Part shown: piece after piece, positions 37,765-50,974 of the stretch
Position numbering within the stretch: position 1 is the stretch's first letter
How the letters are laid out: every line of letters starts with the position of its first letter
From: Camelus dromedarius
Lineage: Eukaryota
Direction of reading: 5' to 3'
DNA length: 64,000 nucleotides
Assembly: GCF_036321535.1 (NCBI RefSeq)
Contig: NC_087437.1
Span: forward strand, 70,186,001-70,250,000
Position numbers and translations under genes: made by a program
Notes under the pieces: model-generated
The model's database searches: none
What the model was told of the DNA's origin: nothing
Seen by the model: only the letters and a program-made list of their open reading frames with translations

Positions 37765-37905
37765 GAAATTCAAAATGTGGTCCTTGGAACAACAGCTTGT
37801 TTGGAATGTGAATCTCAGGTCCCACATTCTAGATCATCATCAGAATTTTCATTTTAACAAGATCCCCAAGTGACTCTTATGCACGTTAAAGTTTGAAAAA
37901 CACTA
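37765..37905. mobile_element. MER5-family MITE
   Basis: cattttaacaagatccccaagtgactcttatgcacgttaaagtttgaaaaacact. Confidence 0.8.
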
Positions 37906-38124
37906 AACCAAATGCTTTTGCAGCCATAAAACTCTCTGTCTGAACTGGTCAGGTGTTTTCATATATCAGATTCATTGTGGAAGACTTTTTGGATTCCTAC
38001 CCATATAAACCTTATTTAAAATAGAATTATAAATAATTTTGTATTAAATGATCACAAAATATTTAAATCATATGTGTATTATACACCTTGGTTATACACA
38101 AACAAGTTATGCTGTAAAAATTTT

Positions 38125-38400
38125 ATGAACATCTTGCTGTATATATTTCACAACCATTTCTTCCAGGAAGTTCAAAGTCACTTTTGAGGCAAACTTCTAT
38201 TCTGATGATTGATATATTTATTTTACATCATTCAGTCTTTTAAGACTTATAGATTTGATATTCTGACTGTGCCTACGTGCTCTAAAGTAGTCTTTTGTCT
38301 ATATTACATGCTGCTTTCATTGATCAGAATTCTGCATTTGTAGTGGTCTATTATTTTTACTTTGTCATACTTTGACACTATTCTTGGGAACTCACACTAG
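38125..38400 (-). pseudogene. Candidate pseudo-exon (helical)
   Basis: EFPRIVSKYDKVKIIDHYKCRIL and KRLNDVK*IYQSSE*KFASKVTLNFLEEMV in different frames; boundaries uncertain. Confidence 0.3.
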
Positions 38401-38722
38401 CTACTTATTTTAAAATAATAAGAACAAGAAGAAACTAATAAATATTAATGCCATTGTTTGAGCAAAAGGCATGACAATTTTTATTTGATGGAAGTAAACA
38501 CTGGCAGCTCATTAAAATTTTGGCTCAGAGTTGTAGCCCAGAAAACCAATAAACAGGTCTTGAAATGGAATGTAACCTGCCTATGAACTCACAATCTCCC
38601 TTCCACAATTCATTAAATAACCTTTTTCAAATAATTCTCCTAGAAATGTATCTAAAAGATATGACTTAAGAAAAATCTGTCAATTTTTAAAAGTAGATTA
38701 GCTATTGAAACTTACTCATTAG

Positions 38723-38909
38723 CACTGTTTCTTGAAATGTAACCCTTAAACCTCTTGTATTAGAATCACCTGGGAAGCTTATTAAAATACAGAATCTGTG
38801 ACCCACTGAGACCTACCAAGTCAGAATCTCAGAAGATGGGGTCCAGGCATCTGCATTTAAAAATAGTTCCTTAGATGAGTCTGATCACACAAAGGTTTGA
38901 AAATTACTG
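38723..38909. mobile_element. MER5-family (MER5/MER117-like) MITE
   Basis: agaatcacctgggaagcttattaaaatacaga...tcagaatctc...atctgcattt...aaggtttgaaaattactg. Confidence 0.75.
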
Positions 38910-39228
38910 TACTAAACATTAAATTTCCAAGTTTGGTTTCACACTGACATTAGTGTGAATTTCTAATGACCCAGCAAAGCATTTATCATTGTAGTTTCAC
39001 ATTATATTTGTCCAAACTCTCCATGCTTCACACTGGAATGCCATTTTGACACATACATATCTTAATATTTTTCCAAAAACCTTAAACAAATATTTCTTCT
39101 TCAGAACTCATTAAGATAATACATACTAAGGCACAGCATTTCCAGAGCACCTAAGAACATTGCTTTGGCTAGGAGTAGGAATCACTTTTTGTGGTGGATC
39201 ACTAATCCACAGTGTAGGGGAGGGAGGG

Positions 39229-39261
39229 AAAAAAAAGAAAGAAAGAAAGAAAGAAAGAAAG
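39229..39261. repeat. (GAAA)n microsatellite
   Basis: gaaaaaaaagaaagaaagaaagaaagaaagaaag. Confidence 0.9.
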
Positions 39262-39840
39262 GAAAACCACAAAAGAAGAGATCAATTTAATTTAGTATCT
39301 TAAAATAGAAACAAATTAATCTGTCTTGAAATTTAAGAGAACTCTTTTATCAAAACTGGTGCTACTGTTATTTTTCATAATATATGATTGTTAAATTCAC
39401 AATAAAGAGAAGGTGGAAGTTCTCTCATTACCTACCCCATATTAAACAATAGGGATACCTCCTCTATAGTGCTTCTATAGGGCTCAGCACATAGAAAGGA
39501 CACTATATATATATATATAGTTTGAATGAATGAATGGCATATACAATATGTATAAGTATATGTATAAAAAAAGTATCTTTCCATACTTTTTTGAAATTCA
39601 ACTATTTCCCAGCTATCAATATATAATAGAATTTTTCTGTAACAATAGAAATCTAATATTTTGTTGTATTTGTTGTATCATAATTCATTTAACCAATCCC
39701 TACTAATAGACACTTACTTTCAGTTTCATACTCCTAAAGGCAATTCTAAAATAAACAGTTGTACAGTTGTCTGGTTATTTTGAGGGGACAAATGCCTAGA
39801 GTGGAATTGCTGAATCAAAGCTTATATATATTTGAAACTG

Positions 39841-40530
39841 TATGAGATTCCTTAAAAAACTGAAAATAGATTTATTTACTCTATGATCCAGCAATCACAC
39901 TTCTGGGCATATGTCTGGAAGAAACTCTAATCGGAAGATACGTGCACCTCAGTGTTACACAGCAGCACTAGTTACAATAGCCAAGACATGGAAGCAACCT
40001 AAATGTCCATCGACAGATGACTGGATAAAGAAGTTGTGGGATATATATACAATAGAATACTACTCAGCCATAAAAAAGAATAAAATGCCATTTGCAGCAA
40101 CATGGATGGACCTGGAGATTGTCATTCTAAGTGAAGTAAGTCAGAAAGAGAAAGAAAATTACCATTTGATACCACTTATATGTGGAATCAAAAAAAAAGG
40201 ATACAAATGAACTTATTTATAAAACAGAGACAGACTTACAGACATAGAAAGCAAACTCATGACTAGAAAACAAACATGACTACCAGGGGGAACAGGAGGT
40301 AGGAAGGATAAATTGGGAGTTTGGGATTTGTAGATACTAACAATATATATAAAACAGATAAGCAACAAGTTACTACTGTACAGCACAGGGGACTATATTC
40401 AATACCTTGTAATGGTCTATAATAAAAAAGAATATGAAAAAGAATATATATATGTATAAATGAATCACTATGCTATACACCAGAAATTAACACAATATTG
40501 TAAATTAAGTATACTTCAATACAAACAAAA
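39841..40530 (+). mobile_element. Relatively young 5'-truncated LINE-1 (cetartiodactyl type), inserted in an older antisense L1 relic
   Basis: ORF 39911..40210 contains TIAKTWKQPKCPSTDDWIKKLW...YYSAIKKN...WMDLE, the L1 ORF2p C-terminus. 3'UTR ggataaattgggagtttgggatt...tacagcacaggggactatattcaa...tatacttcaat. Confidence 0.95.
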
Positions 40531-40829
40531 CTTTAACATGTTATCCTCTTAAAAAATATTGATTCAATACCACTATAAGTTATTATTATTTTTCTACAAT
40601 GCATATCTTTATCAATATGATAGTCAATAAATATAATCCCATTTTAATTTTCATGTACTTAATAGTGAGAATATATCTATTTTATAAAGTTATTGGCCCA
40701 CTTGTATTGCTTTCATGAACTGCCTGTTCATTATCTTTAACACATTTTTCTAATAGAATGGAATGAGAAATTTTAAATTCAAATTGGTAAGTATAACACC
40801 TCAGCAAAATTCCAATGTTTGTAATCATA

Positions 40830-41262
40830 AAAGAAGGAAGATATACATAGAGAAATAAAATCAGATAAAAATTGAGAAAGCCATACATAACGTGGAACAC
40901 AGAAAAACAGAGAGAGAACAAAGTCATTTAAGTTGGGAGATACATTGAAATGCACTTGGAGAACATAAAACTCATATACATTTACACAGACATGCAGACA
41001 CAAGGACACACAGAGAAAGGTATTGATAAAGGCAAAGACAGAGATCACAAGTAAGTAGAGACACCTGAAGGAAAAACAGCTTGGGCACACATGAAAAGGC
41101 ACACATACACAGGCACAGAAAATGACACATAATCAGATGAATAAACACAGTGGAATGTAGAGAGAAAGCCACACGAAAAATACAGCACAAACACATGGAG
41201 AAAAACATCTATACACAAAAATGCAGAAAAAGGAGGTGAAAGAAAAGACACACAGAAGGCCA
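40830..41262. repeat. A/C/G-rich low-complexity tract (degenerate CA/GA repeat)
   Basis: Recurrent acac/agag/aaac words and few T; produces several C/V/L/F-rich spurious minus-strand ORFs. Confidence 0.55.
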
Positions 41263-41499
41263 ACTTAGCAATATGGGACTAGGCAAAATCAGAGAGGAGA
41301 ACTTCATGAATGAAAACTCTTTAATATGGTTTTTAAAGATATGCTTACTAAAGCCTTTTCAATTTATGTATCCTTGTCATTCCTGGTAGCCAAAGTTAAG
41401 GTAATATTTCTTACTCTTTCTTCTGTAGATCAGATCATCTAAAATCAAGGACCAGATATAATCATAGGCTTAGAACCCTACTAACAAAACATATAAATT

Positions 41500-41706
41500 A
41501 TAACAAATTATTTCATCTATTCCACATAAACACACAAATAATTTATCCATTTTCTTTCTCCATTTAGACATAGTCATGGAATATGAAAAACAACTTTTAC
41601 AGATATTGAAAATCCTATGTAAGAACCACAGGTTTCATTAAATCTACATCTTTTACTAAATCCTAATGCCCAAATGATCCTAACAAATCTACCATTTTCT
41701 AAACTA
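41500..41706 (-). pseudogene. Candidate pseudo-exon
   Basis: Very strong acceptor tttttccttcatttccttcccaacag; KMVDLLGSFGH*DLVKDVDLMKPVVLT; stop-rich. Confidence 0.25.
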
Positions 41707-43089
41707 CTGTTGGGAAGGAAATGAAGGAAAAAGCTAAAATAGCTTTTCTGTGAATCAAGCATCTGAAGAGATTACAGTAAAGTCAATCTAATTTAAGTTC
41801 CCTTCTCTGAGAAGCAAGAAAGTTGAAAAACCATTGGTTGGTATAGCCACCTTAAAATCAAGTTAATCAAATCAACTGCATGGAAATTCTATCAAACACT
41901 CATCAATCAACCATTGTGAATGACCAAAAACAAACAAACAAAAAGACTTAACTAGAAAACCATCAATTCAGCCTTGATATACAGACACCGCCAAAGTATT
42001 GCAGGGATGCATAAATATTTTGAAATATGTTTAAATAATGTGTCCTGGCTGCCAGTAAATTTTTTCCAAGCAAATGTTATTGAAAATGTTTGGGCTATCC
42101 ACAAATGTTTTTACAAGCATTCCTACCAGGCAACTACTGAAGCCTCAGAAAAATTCTGGCCAGCAGGAGAATTCATAAGAAGTGTTGAATAGAAGGTGAC
42201 CTAAGGAAATGTAGCAGGAATATTTGAGCCGTTGGGATGGTTCAAAAACAAATACACGTTTCATGAAAGCTTTTGAAACAAATAGTTCTGGCTAAAAACA
42301 AACATTTGGACAGTGAGGACACACCCAAGAAAAATGTTTGTTTGCTGATACTAACATTTTATTTGGCACGTATTTGCCAGAGCAAAAATGGGCAGAAATA
42401 AGATAAATGCAAATATCTCACTGAAAGCAAAACTACAGTAAATTTATAAGTGCAAGAAAGATGAGAGTATTTATTTACTGAAAATAAAGCAAAAAATAGA
42501 TATTTATGGCTTATTTAAAGTAATGACAATTTTATCAGCATAAAATAAAAAACAAAAAACTCTCTAAAGATTATGTTGCATGTTATTTTAACTTTTACAT
42601 TCACACATAGTTCTTTTCAATTAATGTACATAACAATTCTCTGAGATCAGCTGATGACAAGTTTTATTAGCCCCATTCTACAGGTGAAATATATTATCGA
42701 GGTAAGGCTGTTTTTAGTTCCTTCTATTACATTTGACTACTAGCAGAGTTAAATATACTTTAAAAACACCAAACTCTTTTGTTCTTTTAGAAAAAAGATT
42801 CATAGTCTACATTATTGACTAATATTAAGAAAATAACTTGTATGATAAAAGGAGATAAAAGGAATTGTAGGAAAATATAAAAGTTTAATTATTGGTACAT
42901 TTCTTTAATAACAATTTTTAGAACACCTGCTGTCCACTCTTGTTTTTATCTTATAGTCACCATTATGTTAAGTCTTAAAATATATAAACTCCTATTTATT
43001 GTTCCATTTTTCTTTCTTAATTCTTTGATCTAACTTGGCCCAAATTTTAAATGTTCTTACAGAAGGTCACACTCAGACACAATTTTCCC

Positions 43090-44050
43090 TATTTAACTTA
43101 CCTAAATTTCTTGATTGTCTTTTATTTCTGCTCCCCTTTCCCTGCTAGCCCTTAAACGTAATTTCATAGGTTCTGGCATAAAGTTTGTTCTTCCACATTG
43201 ACTTCTTTGCCACTCCAACCACTTGTAGGACCTCTACTAATTCTACTAAGTGATTACACTTGGTTGAGAAGAGAGCAAGACTACCTTTATTTCTGTCCCT
43301 ACTTGTTTCATAGCTCAAACTTGAAATTGCCAACCACATGATGGAGATCTCTATTTGGTGTTCCCCCAACAGTCCATCAAACTCAAAATGTCTAAGAGAG
43401 TATACATTGACTTTCCTCACAACAAGCCTAGTTTCCCCATTTGTATGGATGGCAATATCATCAGCCTTAGACTGATGTATCTCCCCCAAAATCCATTATG
43501 TTGAAATCTAATCCCCAGTGTGATGATATTCAGAAGTGAGCCTTTCAGAGGTGATTAGGTCATGAGGGCAGAGCACTCAAGAATAGGACCAGAGCCTTAA
43601 AAAAGAGACCCCAGAGAGCTACCTGGTCCACATCCTTCATATAGGTTACAGTGAGATGGCTGTCTATAACCCAAGAAGACTCTCACCATTGAATCTGCTA
43701 CCACCTTGATCTTAAACTTCCCAGCCTTCAGATGTGAGAGATAAATTTTCATTTTTTTTTGTAAGTTACCTAATCTGTTATTTTGTCACAGAAACTGGAA
43801 TGGACTAAGACATCACCCTTCTAATCACCTTTTAAAAATTCTTCTAGCTCTCACCCATACCTATAGATCCAATTACATAATTCTATTGATTTTACCGACT
43901 CAATATCTGTAACACCTAACACTTCCTTTTTATTTTCACCAACACTATTCCACTTCAGCCACCAAACATCAACAACTTAATATTTGCTTCCTTACCATTT
44001 CTTCTGTTTTCTATCTCTCATTTTGCTGCTATTGTCAGATTAATCATCCG
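43090..44050 (+). mobile_element. L2 fragment split by MLT1A LTR
   Basis: tcaaactcaaaatgtctaa...atggcaatatcatc, resuming after the LTR. Confidence 0.55.
43466..43812 (+). mobile_element. MLT1A0-like MaLR solo LTR
   Basis: tatgttgaaatctaatccccagtgtgatg...gattaggtcatgagggcagagc...aatggactaagaca. Confidence 0.88.
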
Positions 44051-44884
44051 GAAGAAACGCCACATATTTGTGAAGTAAACTGAAGCCCCTTGGGCTGATA
44101 CTCCTTTAGTTTTACAGTTTTATGGCAGCCAGGGGGAGTTAGAGCTCAGCTTCATGTACTTCTCATGTTTCCTTTAACTCCTCCAGAGAAGGACTTAGCA
44201 ATCCAGCCAAAGGTGTATTCTTATGCGATGGTCTTCACTACCAGAAAAGCTAACCTACCATTTTATAATCTTCTTCCACAAGTCATCTTCATACTCTAGC
44301 AAACTGAACTGCTCTCTATACTCAAAATGCACTCTACATTTTCCAGATTCTATGTTTTTGCTCAAGGTATTCACTTGAACACAGAAGTGTTTAAATTCTC
44401 ATTTCCACTTGTCCAATTTCTTGCATTCTTTATGATATAAACTAGTCCATAAAGCTTTTCCTGATTTAATACCAGGCAGGAAGCAATTTCTATTGCCCAA
44501 AGTATGCTCTCAGTACCTCTTTTGTAATTGTTAACAATTTTTAACAGGCAATATGTTCATATACCATCCTTACAAAACAGTAAGTTCTAAAACCAGATTT
44601 CAATCTTCCCTAGGCTTTTGCCAATACTTATGGCATATAGATACTCGATAATTGTCAGATGAATGGAAAAAAGAATGAAAGAGCTACAATGGGATTGGAG
44701 TATAACTAGAATATAAGCAAGAAAGCATTTTAAAATGACTTATCAAAATCTGTTTCAAGGGCTATAGTTTTATAGCCTTCACAGATATTAATTATAGGAG
44801 TTGCTGAATCTAAAAACACTACAAATATTAAAAGCATCACTTCAAGAAACCCTAATATAAGTTGGGCAAGGAAATAGGCACATT

Positions 44885-45390
44885 ACTTTTGTGCCTAGTT
44901 TCTGCCTATTTTTTGATTACAGCACCTAATTTTGATTTGGTGTATTTTCCCTTTTCAACTCTCAGTTGATATGATTCAGTTGGAGCTGATACCTCTGTAT
45001 CTCAATAAAGTATATTCCCTAAAGCTACAAAATTGATTCAGGCATGAGTACAGGGCCCTGCTACATCAATTAGAGTTCATCTCTGGACTTCTGTTATAAC
45101 TATTGGGAAAAAGGCACCAGGCTTATAAAATGTAAACCTGGAACCCCAAGGTCCAACTTGGTAAAAGTGCATGAGAATGAAATCAGCACTGGCAAAAGCA
45201 AAGACACGGAGAGAAAAATTTGCTGACAATATGTTTCAACTTGGATCTAGCTGTGTCTAAAGTTAACTCTACTATCACTTGTTTTCTTTTTTTTTCTAGT
45301 TACTTACATGAGTCAATAAATTCTCTTCTGTTTAATCTAGTTTGTGGTAGGTTTCTGTCACTTGCAACCAAAAGAGTTCTAAATAATACA
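44885..45390 (+). mobile_element. MLT1K-like MaLR LTR
   Basis: ttacatgagtcaataaattctc...tttctgtcacttgcaaccaaaagagttctaaataataca. Confidence 0.75.
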
Positions 45391-45699
45391 GTCACTAATT
45401 GTCACATCAGATCTGTAAGGTAAGCCTCATTATACCCCATTTTATGGGTAGAAAAAAAAAACAAACAAAAAACACACCTGAATCTTGGAGTTTCATAAAC
45501 ATGTCCAAATAATTTAAGAAGAAAATTTAAAAATGTCCCCCAAAATACTAGTATTTACTCCTGGGTGCTGAAAACATGATTTAAATTTTTGTTTGTTTTT
45601 AGAATTTTCTGTACTTTCAAAATTTCTGTAACAATTATGCATTAACTTTGTATGAAATAACTTTAAAAATACATTATTATATATCTGTGACATTATTAT

Positions 45700-46465
45700 A
45701 CAAATATTGTATTAAAAATGTATTCTTTTAAAATTAGGTCATAAGTGTTTTTCCACATCATTAAATTTTTCCAAAAGTATCATTTTCACTGACTGCAAGT
45801 AATTTCTCACTTGATACTATTAAACAGTTTCCTAATGTTGGGCATTTGTATTATTAAAAATTATTTTTGCCATTACAAGTAATGTGGTGAAAATATTTTA
45901 TTATATAAATACTTCTTCATACCACATATTAATCCTTTAAATTAATTCTGGAAGGTTAAATTCTGGAATTATTTTGAGTTAAAAGGTATGAATGTTTATA
46001 AAAACTCTTTATGTATCTATATCTGTATCTATAGCCAAAATGTCCTGTATAAAAAGAGTTCTGATTTAAACTTCCATTAGAATTGTGAGATAACTGTTTT
46101 TTTCTACATCTTCACCCATACTGGATGTTATCACTGATTTCTATCAACCTATCCCAGGAATTAAAATTAGCAGTATATTACTTTAAAACCTGCAGTTCCT
46201 TATTATTATTACAGCAATTACCATTGCTGAGTTTTAATACTTTTGTTTCTCACTTATAAATCTCATTTTACAAAATACCTATTAATTTTCTTTGTCTAAT
46301 TTTCATTAAGAGTATTCATCTTTTTTTAAATTTTATTACAAGTATTAACTTTCTCTGGACTCTTTACCACAAGCCTGAAATTTTTTATGTACAAAGTAAA
46401 AATAATTTTTAATACAGTCAAATCAATTATTTGGGTTTTCTGTTACTACTATGTTTAGAAAGTCC
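45700..46465 (-). mobile_element. Old L1ME-like relic
   Basis: tttcctaatgttgggcattt...tgagttaaaaggtatgaatgttt...cacccatactggat. Confidence 0.6.
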
Positions 46466-46489
46466 TTCTTCTGAAAAGCAGGCTGATAA

Positions 46490-47620
46490 ACTTCCTAAAT
46501 ACTTCTCTTATTTGTCCATTTCTCTTCAACCTCACTGTTGCTGCCATAACTCGAATCTTCATCATCTTTCTATCCTTCCCTTTGTCTTTAAATCTTCGTA
46601 TCTCATCTATTGCAATAGCTTCCTATCTCCTAACATGCCTCCTGGCTTCATTATAATATATTTTTGTCAGGGAAATCAGAGTAATCTTTTACCTGTGTTA
46701 ACCTGACTGGATCTTTCTCCAGTTTAAAAATCTCCAATGATTTCCCATGTCTTTAGGGTTAAAAACTAAAACTCTTTTAACAAAACTTTATGCAATGTGG
46801 CATTTACCTAACATTAGCCACTGACCTCATGACTCCTCTCTTTGGTTTCCATGTCTAGTTACACTGGGCATCTTTCTGAAGATGGCCTCCACATGTACTG
46901 TTCACCTTACCTGTCATCTTTTAACTCTTTTCCCTCCTACACCTAGCTAACTAAAATTCTTGCTGTCTTAACTAAAGTGCAGTTTCCTCCAGTAAATCCT
47001 TGATTCACTAGGTACATTTGTACAGTAATTGTAAATAGCTAACTTCTCCAACAGACTGTGTATGATCAGGCTACCCAAGATGGCTGTTCTCTTGCTCTCT
47101 GTCCATCCCTTGCTTGACCAGTCCCTGCCTCACCTACACCCTACTCACCTGACTGACCTTCCCTCTTAATCATAGAGCCCAATCAGTAAATGCCTACATA
47201 CTTGACCCTAGCTCCAGCTAGTGATTGTTCTAATCTTTAGATCAGAACTATCTCCACTATGATAGTTTGTCAAAGAGGTGTGGCCCTCTGTTGGTTTCCT
47301 TGAAGTCAATTCCCTCCATAATTGGTAACCTCCCTCTCCACCCTCTAGTCTCCAACATTGTTCCTGTCCCCTCTGCATCTGCCCCACACAGTGGGGTGTT
47401 GCCCTAGGACCTTGCTTCAGACGTGTAAGATTCCCCCATCCATTAAACCACTGATGTCTCTGTCGCTGAATCTGAGCTTTTTCTTTGGTCTTGAGCTGGT
47501 CAAGTACAGGGCTTGCAGGCCTGCAGGGTGCAGCCCAACAGACTATAAGCTCCATGAGGGCAGGGGTAATGTCTGACTTCCTCAACACTGTACTCTCCAT
47601 TCTGTAAGAAGTTGATAAAT
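46490..47620 (+). mobile_element. L2 3' region interrupted by LTR
   Basis: ctattgcaatagcttcct...ccaacagactg [LTR] gactataagctccatgagggcaggg. Confidence 0.7.
47059..47540 (+). mobile_element. ERV solo LTR (probably lineage-restricted; family not named)
   Basis: TG...CA ends, ATTAAA signal near 47442, 5-bp TSD GACTG/GACTA; cleanly splits an L2 tail. Confidence 0.8.
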
Positions 47621-47622
47621 AG

Positions 47623-48068
47623 TGTTGGGACAAATGGAGTCCTTTAAAGTGCAAAGATCCCCATTTCTGGGCTCTCAGATGTCTGCCTGCAATCCCTAAA
47701 CAGATAAAGTACATTCTTTACTGGGTGTGTTTGCCCTAACAAACTAATAGCCCTAGGTAATGCTTAATGTCACAATAGCTCAGTCTGGCTTGTTTCAGCC
47801 CACCTTATCAGAATCATAAACCCCATTGCCCTTCACAGACCTTAAAACTTCTAACTCACCTACAGCCAATCAGAGACTGACCCTACCTTATAAAAGACTC
47901 CAACAGCTGGCCCTAGGTGCTCACATAGGCACCTCTCATCTGTGTGGCCCGCTGTTGTCTATGACAGTGTAACCTAATAAACTCCTTTCCTATTCTGACC
48001 CTTTGCCTTTGGTAAAGTCTTTTATCACCCTGCACCCAGCTCACTGGCCTGTCCTGTGCCCCAAAACA
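47623..48068 (+). mobile_element. ERVL (MER74-like) solo LTR
   Basis: TG...CA ends; CCAAT 47866, TATAAAA 47889, AATAAA 47976; TSD AATAG/AACAG. Confidence 0.75.
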
Positions 48069-48204
48069 AACAGTATACATTAAAAAGAGAGAGATTGTAT
48101 TATTTCACCAGTGCTGCACTATTTTAATAAGTATAGCTTTATGAAATAATACAATAGCTGGTTGGCTATATCATCACAATTATTTTATTTTTAAAATGTA
48201 GTTT

Positions 48205-48852
48205 TTTAACCTGAAAACTGGGCTCACCTGGTTGGTGTTGAGCCAAAAGACACAACCAAGCCAAAGGTTGAATAAGGAAGAATTTATTACTTCCAGCAAG
48301 TAAGGAGAACATCACTGAGGATCTTTACCAAAGAACTGTCTCCCCAATAGCAAAACTAGGGAATTTTTAAACTAAGGGTATTATACACATATTCATGAAG
48401 GGGCTTGAGCAGAGAATTCAGCATAGAATTGGGGCAAAGGTGGGCAAAGTCCAAGTTTTAGTTGAAGACACAAGGGTCAGAAAAGGTCAGCAGCATTATT
48501 CCTTAGGTTCCTGTTGATCTGGGGGTTGAGTGCTCCAGGAGGGGTTGAATTCTGCAAAACTGCTCAAGAATGTGCTTCAGGCTCATCTTTAATTTGCATT
48601 GAAGTAGAACTGGGAGTCTTCACAACTGATTTATTATCTCTGCTATTGTTACTTCTCTTGCCTAATAGCAGTCCTTTGTTTCTGCATTCTTTTGTTCCTT
48701 TAAGATCATTAATTACTAAGACCTGCTCAAGGGCAAGCATTATGGCCAGGCTTTGGTCACAAAATGGCTTAGGCATAAAACGGCTTCTCTTCTGTCAAGA
48801 AAGCCATATGAGGTTCTCTTTCTCTGGCGAGCCCTTACACTATCTGCTTACA
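48205..48852 (-). mobile_element. ERV1-type solo LTR
   Basis: Minus strand begins tgtaagcagatag; AATAAA on the minus strand near 48285; 4-bp TSD GTTT at 48201-48204 and 48853-48856. Confidence 0.8.
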
Positions 48853-49169
48853 GTTTGATCATCTTTGCCCATTTATTTTAAAAGATAGGGCATTTTTTCC
48901 AGTTCAATGAGAAATACTACGGATATATTTGGAAAGACTTTAAAATTATAAATAAGTGTGGGCAGAAAAGATAACTTTATAATATTTGGCCCTCTGATCC
49001 AAGAGCATGGCCTGTTTCTCCATTATTTAAGTCTTCTTTTGATCACTTTGTTTATTTAGAAAAATTGTTTTCTTCTTATAGATCCTGCGTATTTTTCTTA
49101 ATTTCTAGAAATTTCATAATTTTGTTGCTATTTAGAATGAGATATTTTTCTCTTTGTATTTTATAATAC

Positions 49170-49735
49170 ACTATTTTTAGAGAAAATTTACATTTAAATA
49201 ATTTTATTGCAAAGATAATGGAGTTTCCCTTTATCCCACAGTTTCCTTTATTATTAACATCTTACATTAGTAAGATATATGTGTCACAATTAATGACCTG
49301 ATATTAATACATTACCGTCCACTAAAGCCCATTCTTTACTCAGATTTCCTTCATTTTTACCTATTTTTTTCCTGTCCTAGGATATTACGTTATATTCAGT
49401 ATTGATTGTGATGGTTTCTCAAGCTTTCCTTGGTTTTGATGACTTTGAAAGTTTTGAGGGTTACTGGTCAGGTACTTTGTAGAATATCCCTCCACTGGGA
49501 TTTATTTGATGTTTTTCTCATGACTAGATTAGGGTAATGTGTTTTGGGGAGGAATACCACAGAGCAAAAGTTGCATTCCCATCATACCTTATCAAGGGTA
49601 CACACTACCAATATGACATCACTATTGATGTTAACGTTGGTCACCTGGCTAGAGGTCCTGTTAGGTTTCTCCATTATCAAGTTACTTTTATTGGTCTCCC
49701 TTTCCATACTCTACTCTTTGGAAGAATCTCTCTTT
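49170..49735 (-). mobile_element. L1MC/MD-like 3'UTR
   Basis: ttattaacatcttacattagta...actggtcaggtactttgtagaat...ttttggggaggaataccacagag. Confidence 0.85.
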
Positions 49736-50197
49736 ATATGATTAACTGAGAATTTTTATACAGGTGAAGGTTGATTTTAGCACTTCTATACTATTTTAAA
49801 TTATAAAGAGTAGATAGCCATCAAAACATTTACCAATTCACAAAATATCAATGAGAAATTAGAGTACTCCATAAACAATGCCCAAGGAAAATTTAACTTT
49901 CTCAATTTCATTTTACAAAAATGTATTTATTTTGTTGTGGCTGAGTAGTATTTCTGTAATTACGTTTCTGGAGATAATGAAATTGTGACCCCAATATTTT
50001 ATGATTTTATAAAATAAGAGCAGAAACTCAGGGCAAATGCTGGGTTCTAAGTCCATGGAAAACCACTCTGAATAAAATTTGATTTGTTTAGAAGTACTGA
50101 TCCTATATAAGGCAAGAAGCACCATACCCAATTCCATGTCTATTGTGTTTATTGTGGTAGATTACTTGATTCTTCACCAAATATTTTAGTTACTGTC

Positions 50198-50836
50198 TGT
50201 ATTAGTTACCTATTCACTGCATAAGAAATAACCCCCACAATTCAGTTGCTTAAAACAACAAGCATTCATTATCTCACAGTTTCTGTGAATCAGGAATGTG
50301 GACATGGCTTAACAGGGTTCTCTGCTCCAGAGTCTCATACAAGGCTGCCATCAAGGTGTCAGCCAGGGCTGCAGTCATCTCAAGATTCAACTGAGGGAGA
50401 ATCAGTTTCCAAGCTCACTCCTTGGTTGCTGGCAATATTCAGTTCCTTGTGGGCTATTGCAATTAACAGGAAGACTTCAGTTCTGTGCTGGCTGTTGACC
50501 AGAGGTCATCCTCAGTTCCTAGCCATGTGAGCTTCTCCAATATGACAGCTCACTTTTTCAGTGTGAGCAACCCAAGAAGGCAAGAGAAAGAATGAGGAAG
50601 ATCCAGCAAGAGAGAGAGCAAGCGAGCGGGCGAGAGAGAGAGAATGCTAACAAGATGGAATTAACAGTCGTGGATAACTTAATCATGGAAGTAACATTGC
50701 ATCACTTTTGTTGAATTCTATTTATTAGGAGACAGTCACTAAGTCCAGGCCACATATAAGGGGAAGGGATGACACACCAGAGTGAGTATCGGAAGGCAGA
50801 GACCACTGGGAACCACATCAGAAGCTGCTTACTACA
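50198..50836 (-). mobile_element. MLT1F-like MaLR solo LTR
   Basis: tgtattagttacctatt...atcaaggtgtcagccagggctgcagtcatctc...gctgcttactaca. Confidence 0.85.
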
Positions 50837-50974
50837 TCATCCTTGTGATGTCCTCTATGGAATATCTTATCTTGTTGAACAAAGAAATGACCACGTGACT
50901 TCTTTTGGTTCACAAAATCTAGACAGAAATAACACACTTTATTATGTTTTAAAGCTTTCAAAATCCTGTGTTAT

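Noticed and set aside
38938..38959. Hairpin ttcacact/agtgtgaa
   Set aside because: An 8-bp stem is expected by chance and too short for a pre-miRNA.
39911..40210. 99-aa ORF as a host gene
   Set aside because: It is the C-terminus of LINE-1 ORF2p in a truncated element.
40682..41263. Four overlapping C/V/L/F-rich ORFs
   Set aside because: They are a by-product of a low-complexity TG/TC-rich strand.
47208..47714. Longest ORF in the track (168 aa, minus strand)
   Set aside because: It runs antisense across two LTRs and an L2 tail and has no protein-like motif.
48514..48858. 114-aa ORF with a hydrophobic stretch
   Set aside because: It lies almost entirely within an ERV1-type LTR.
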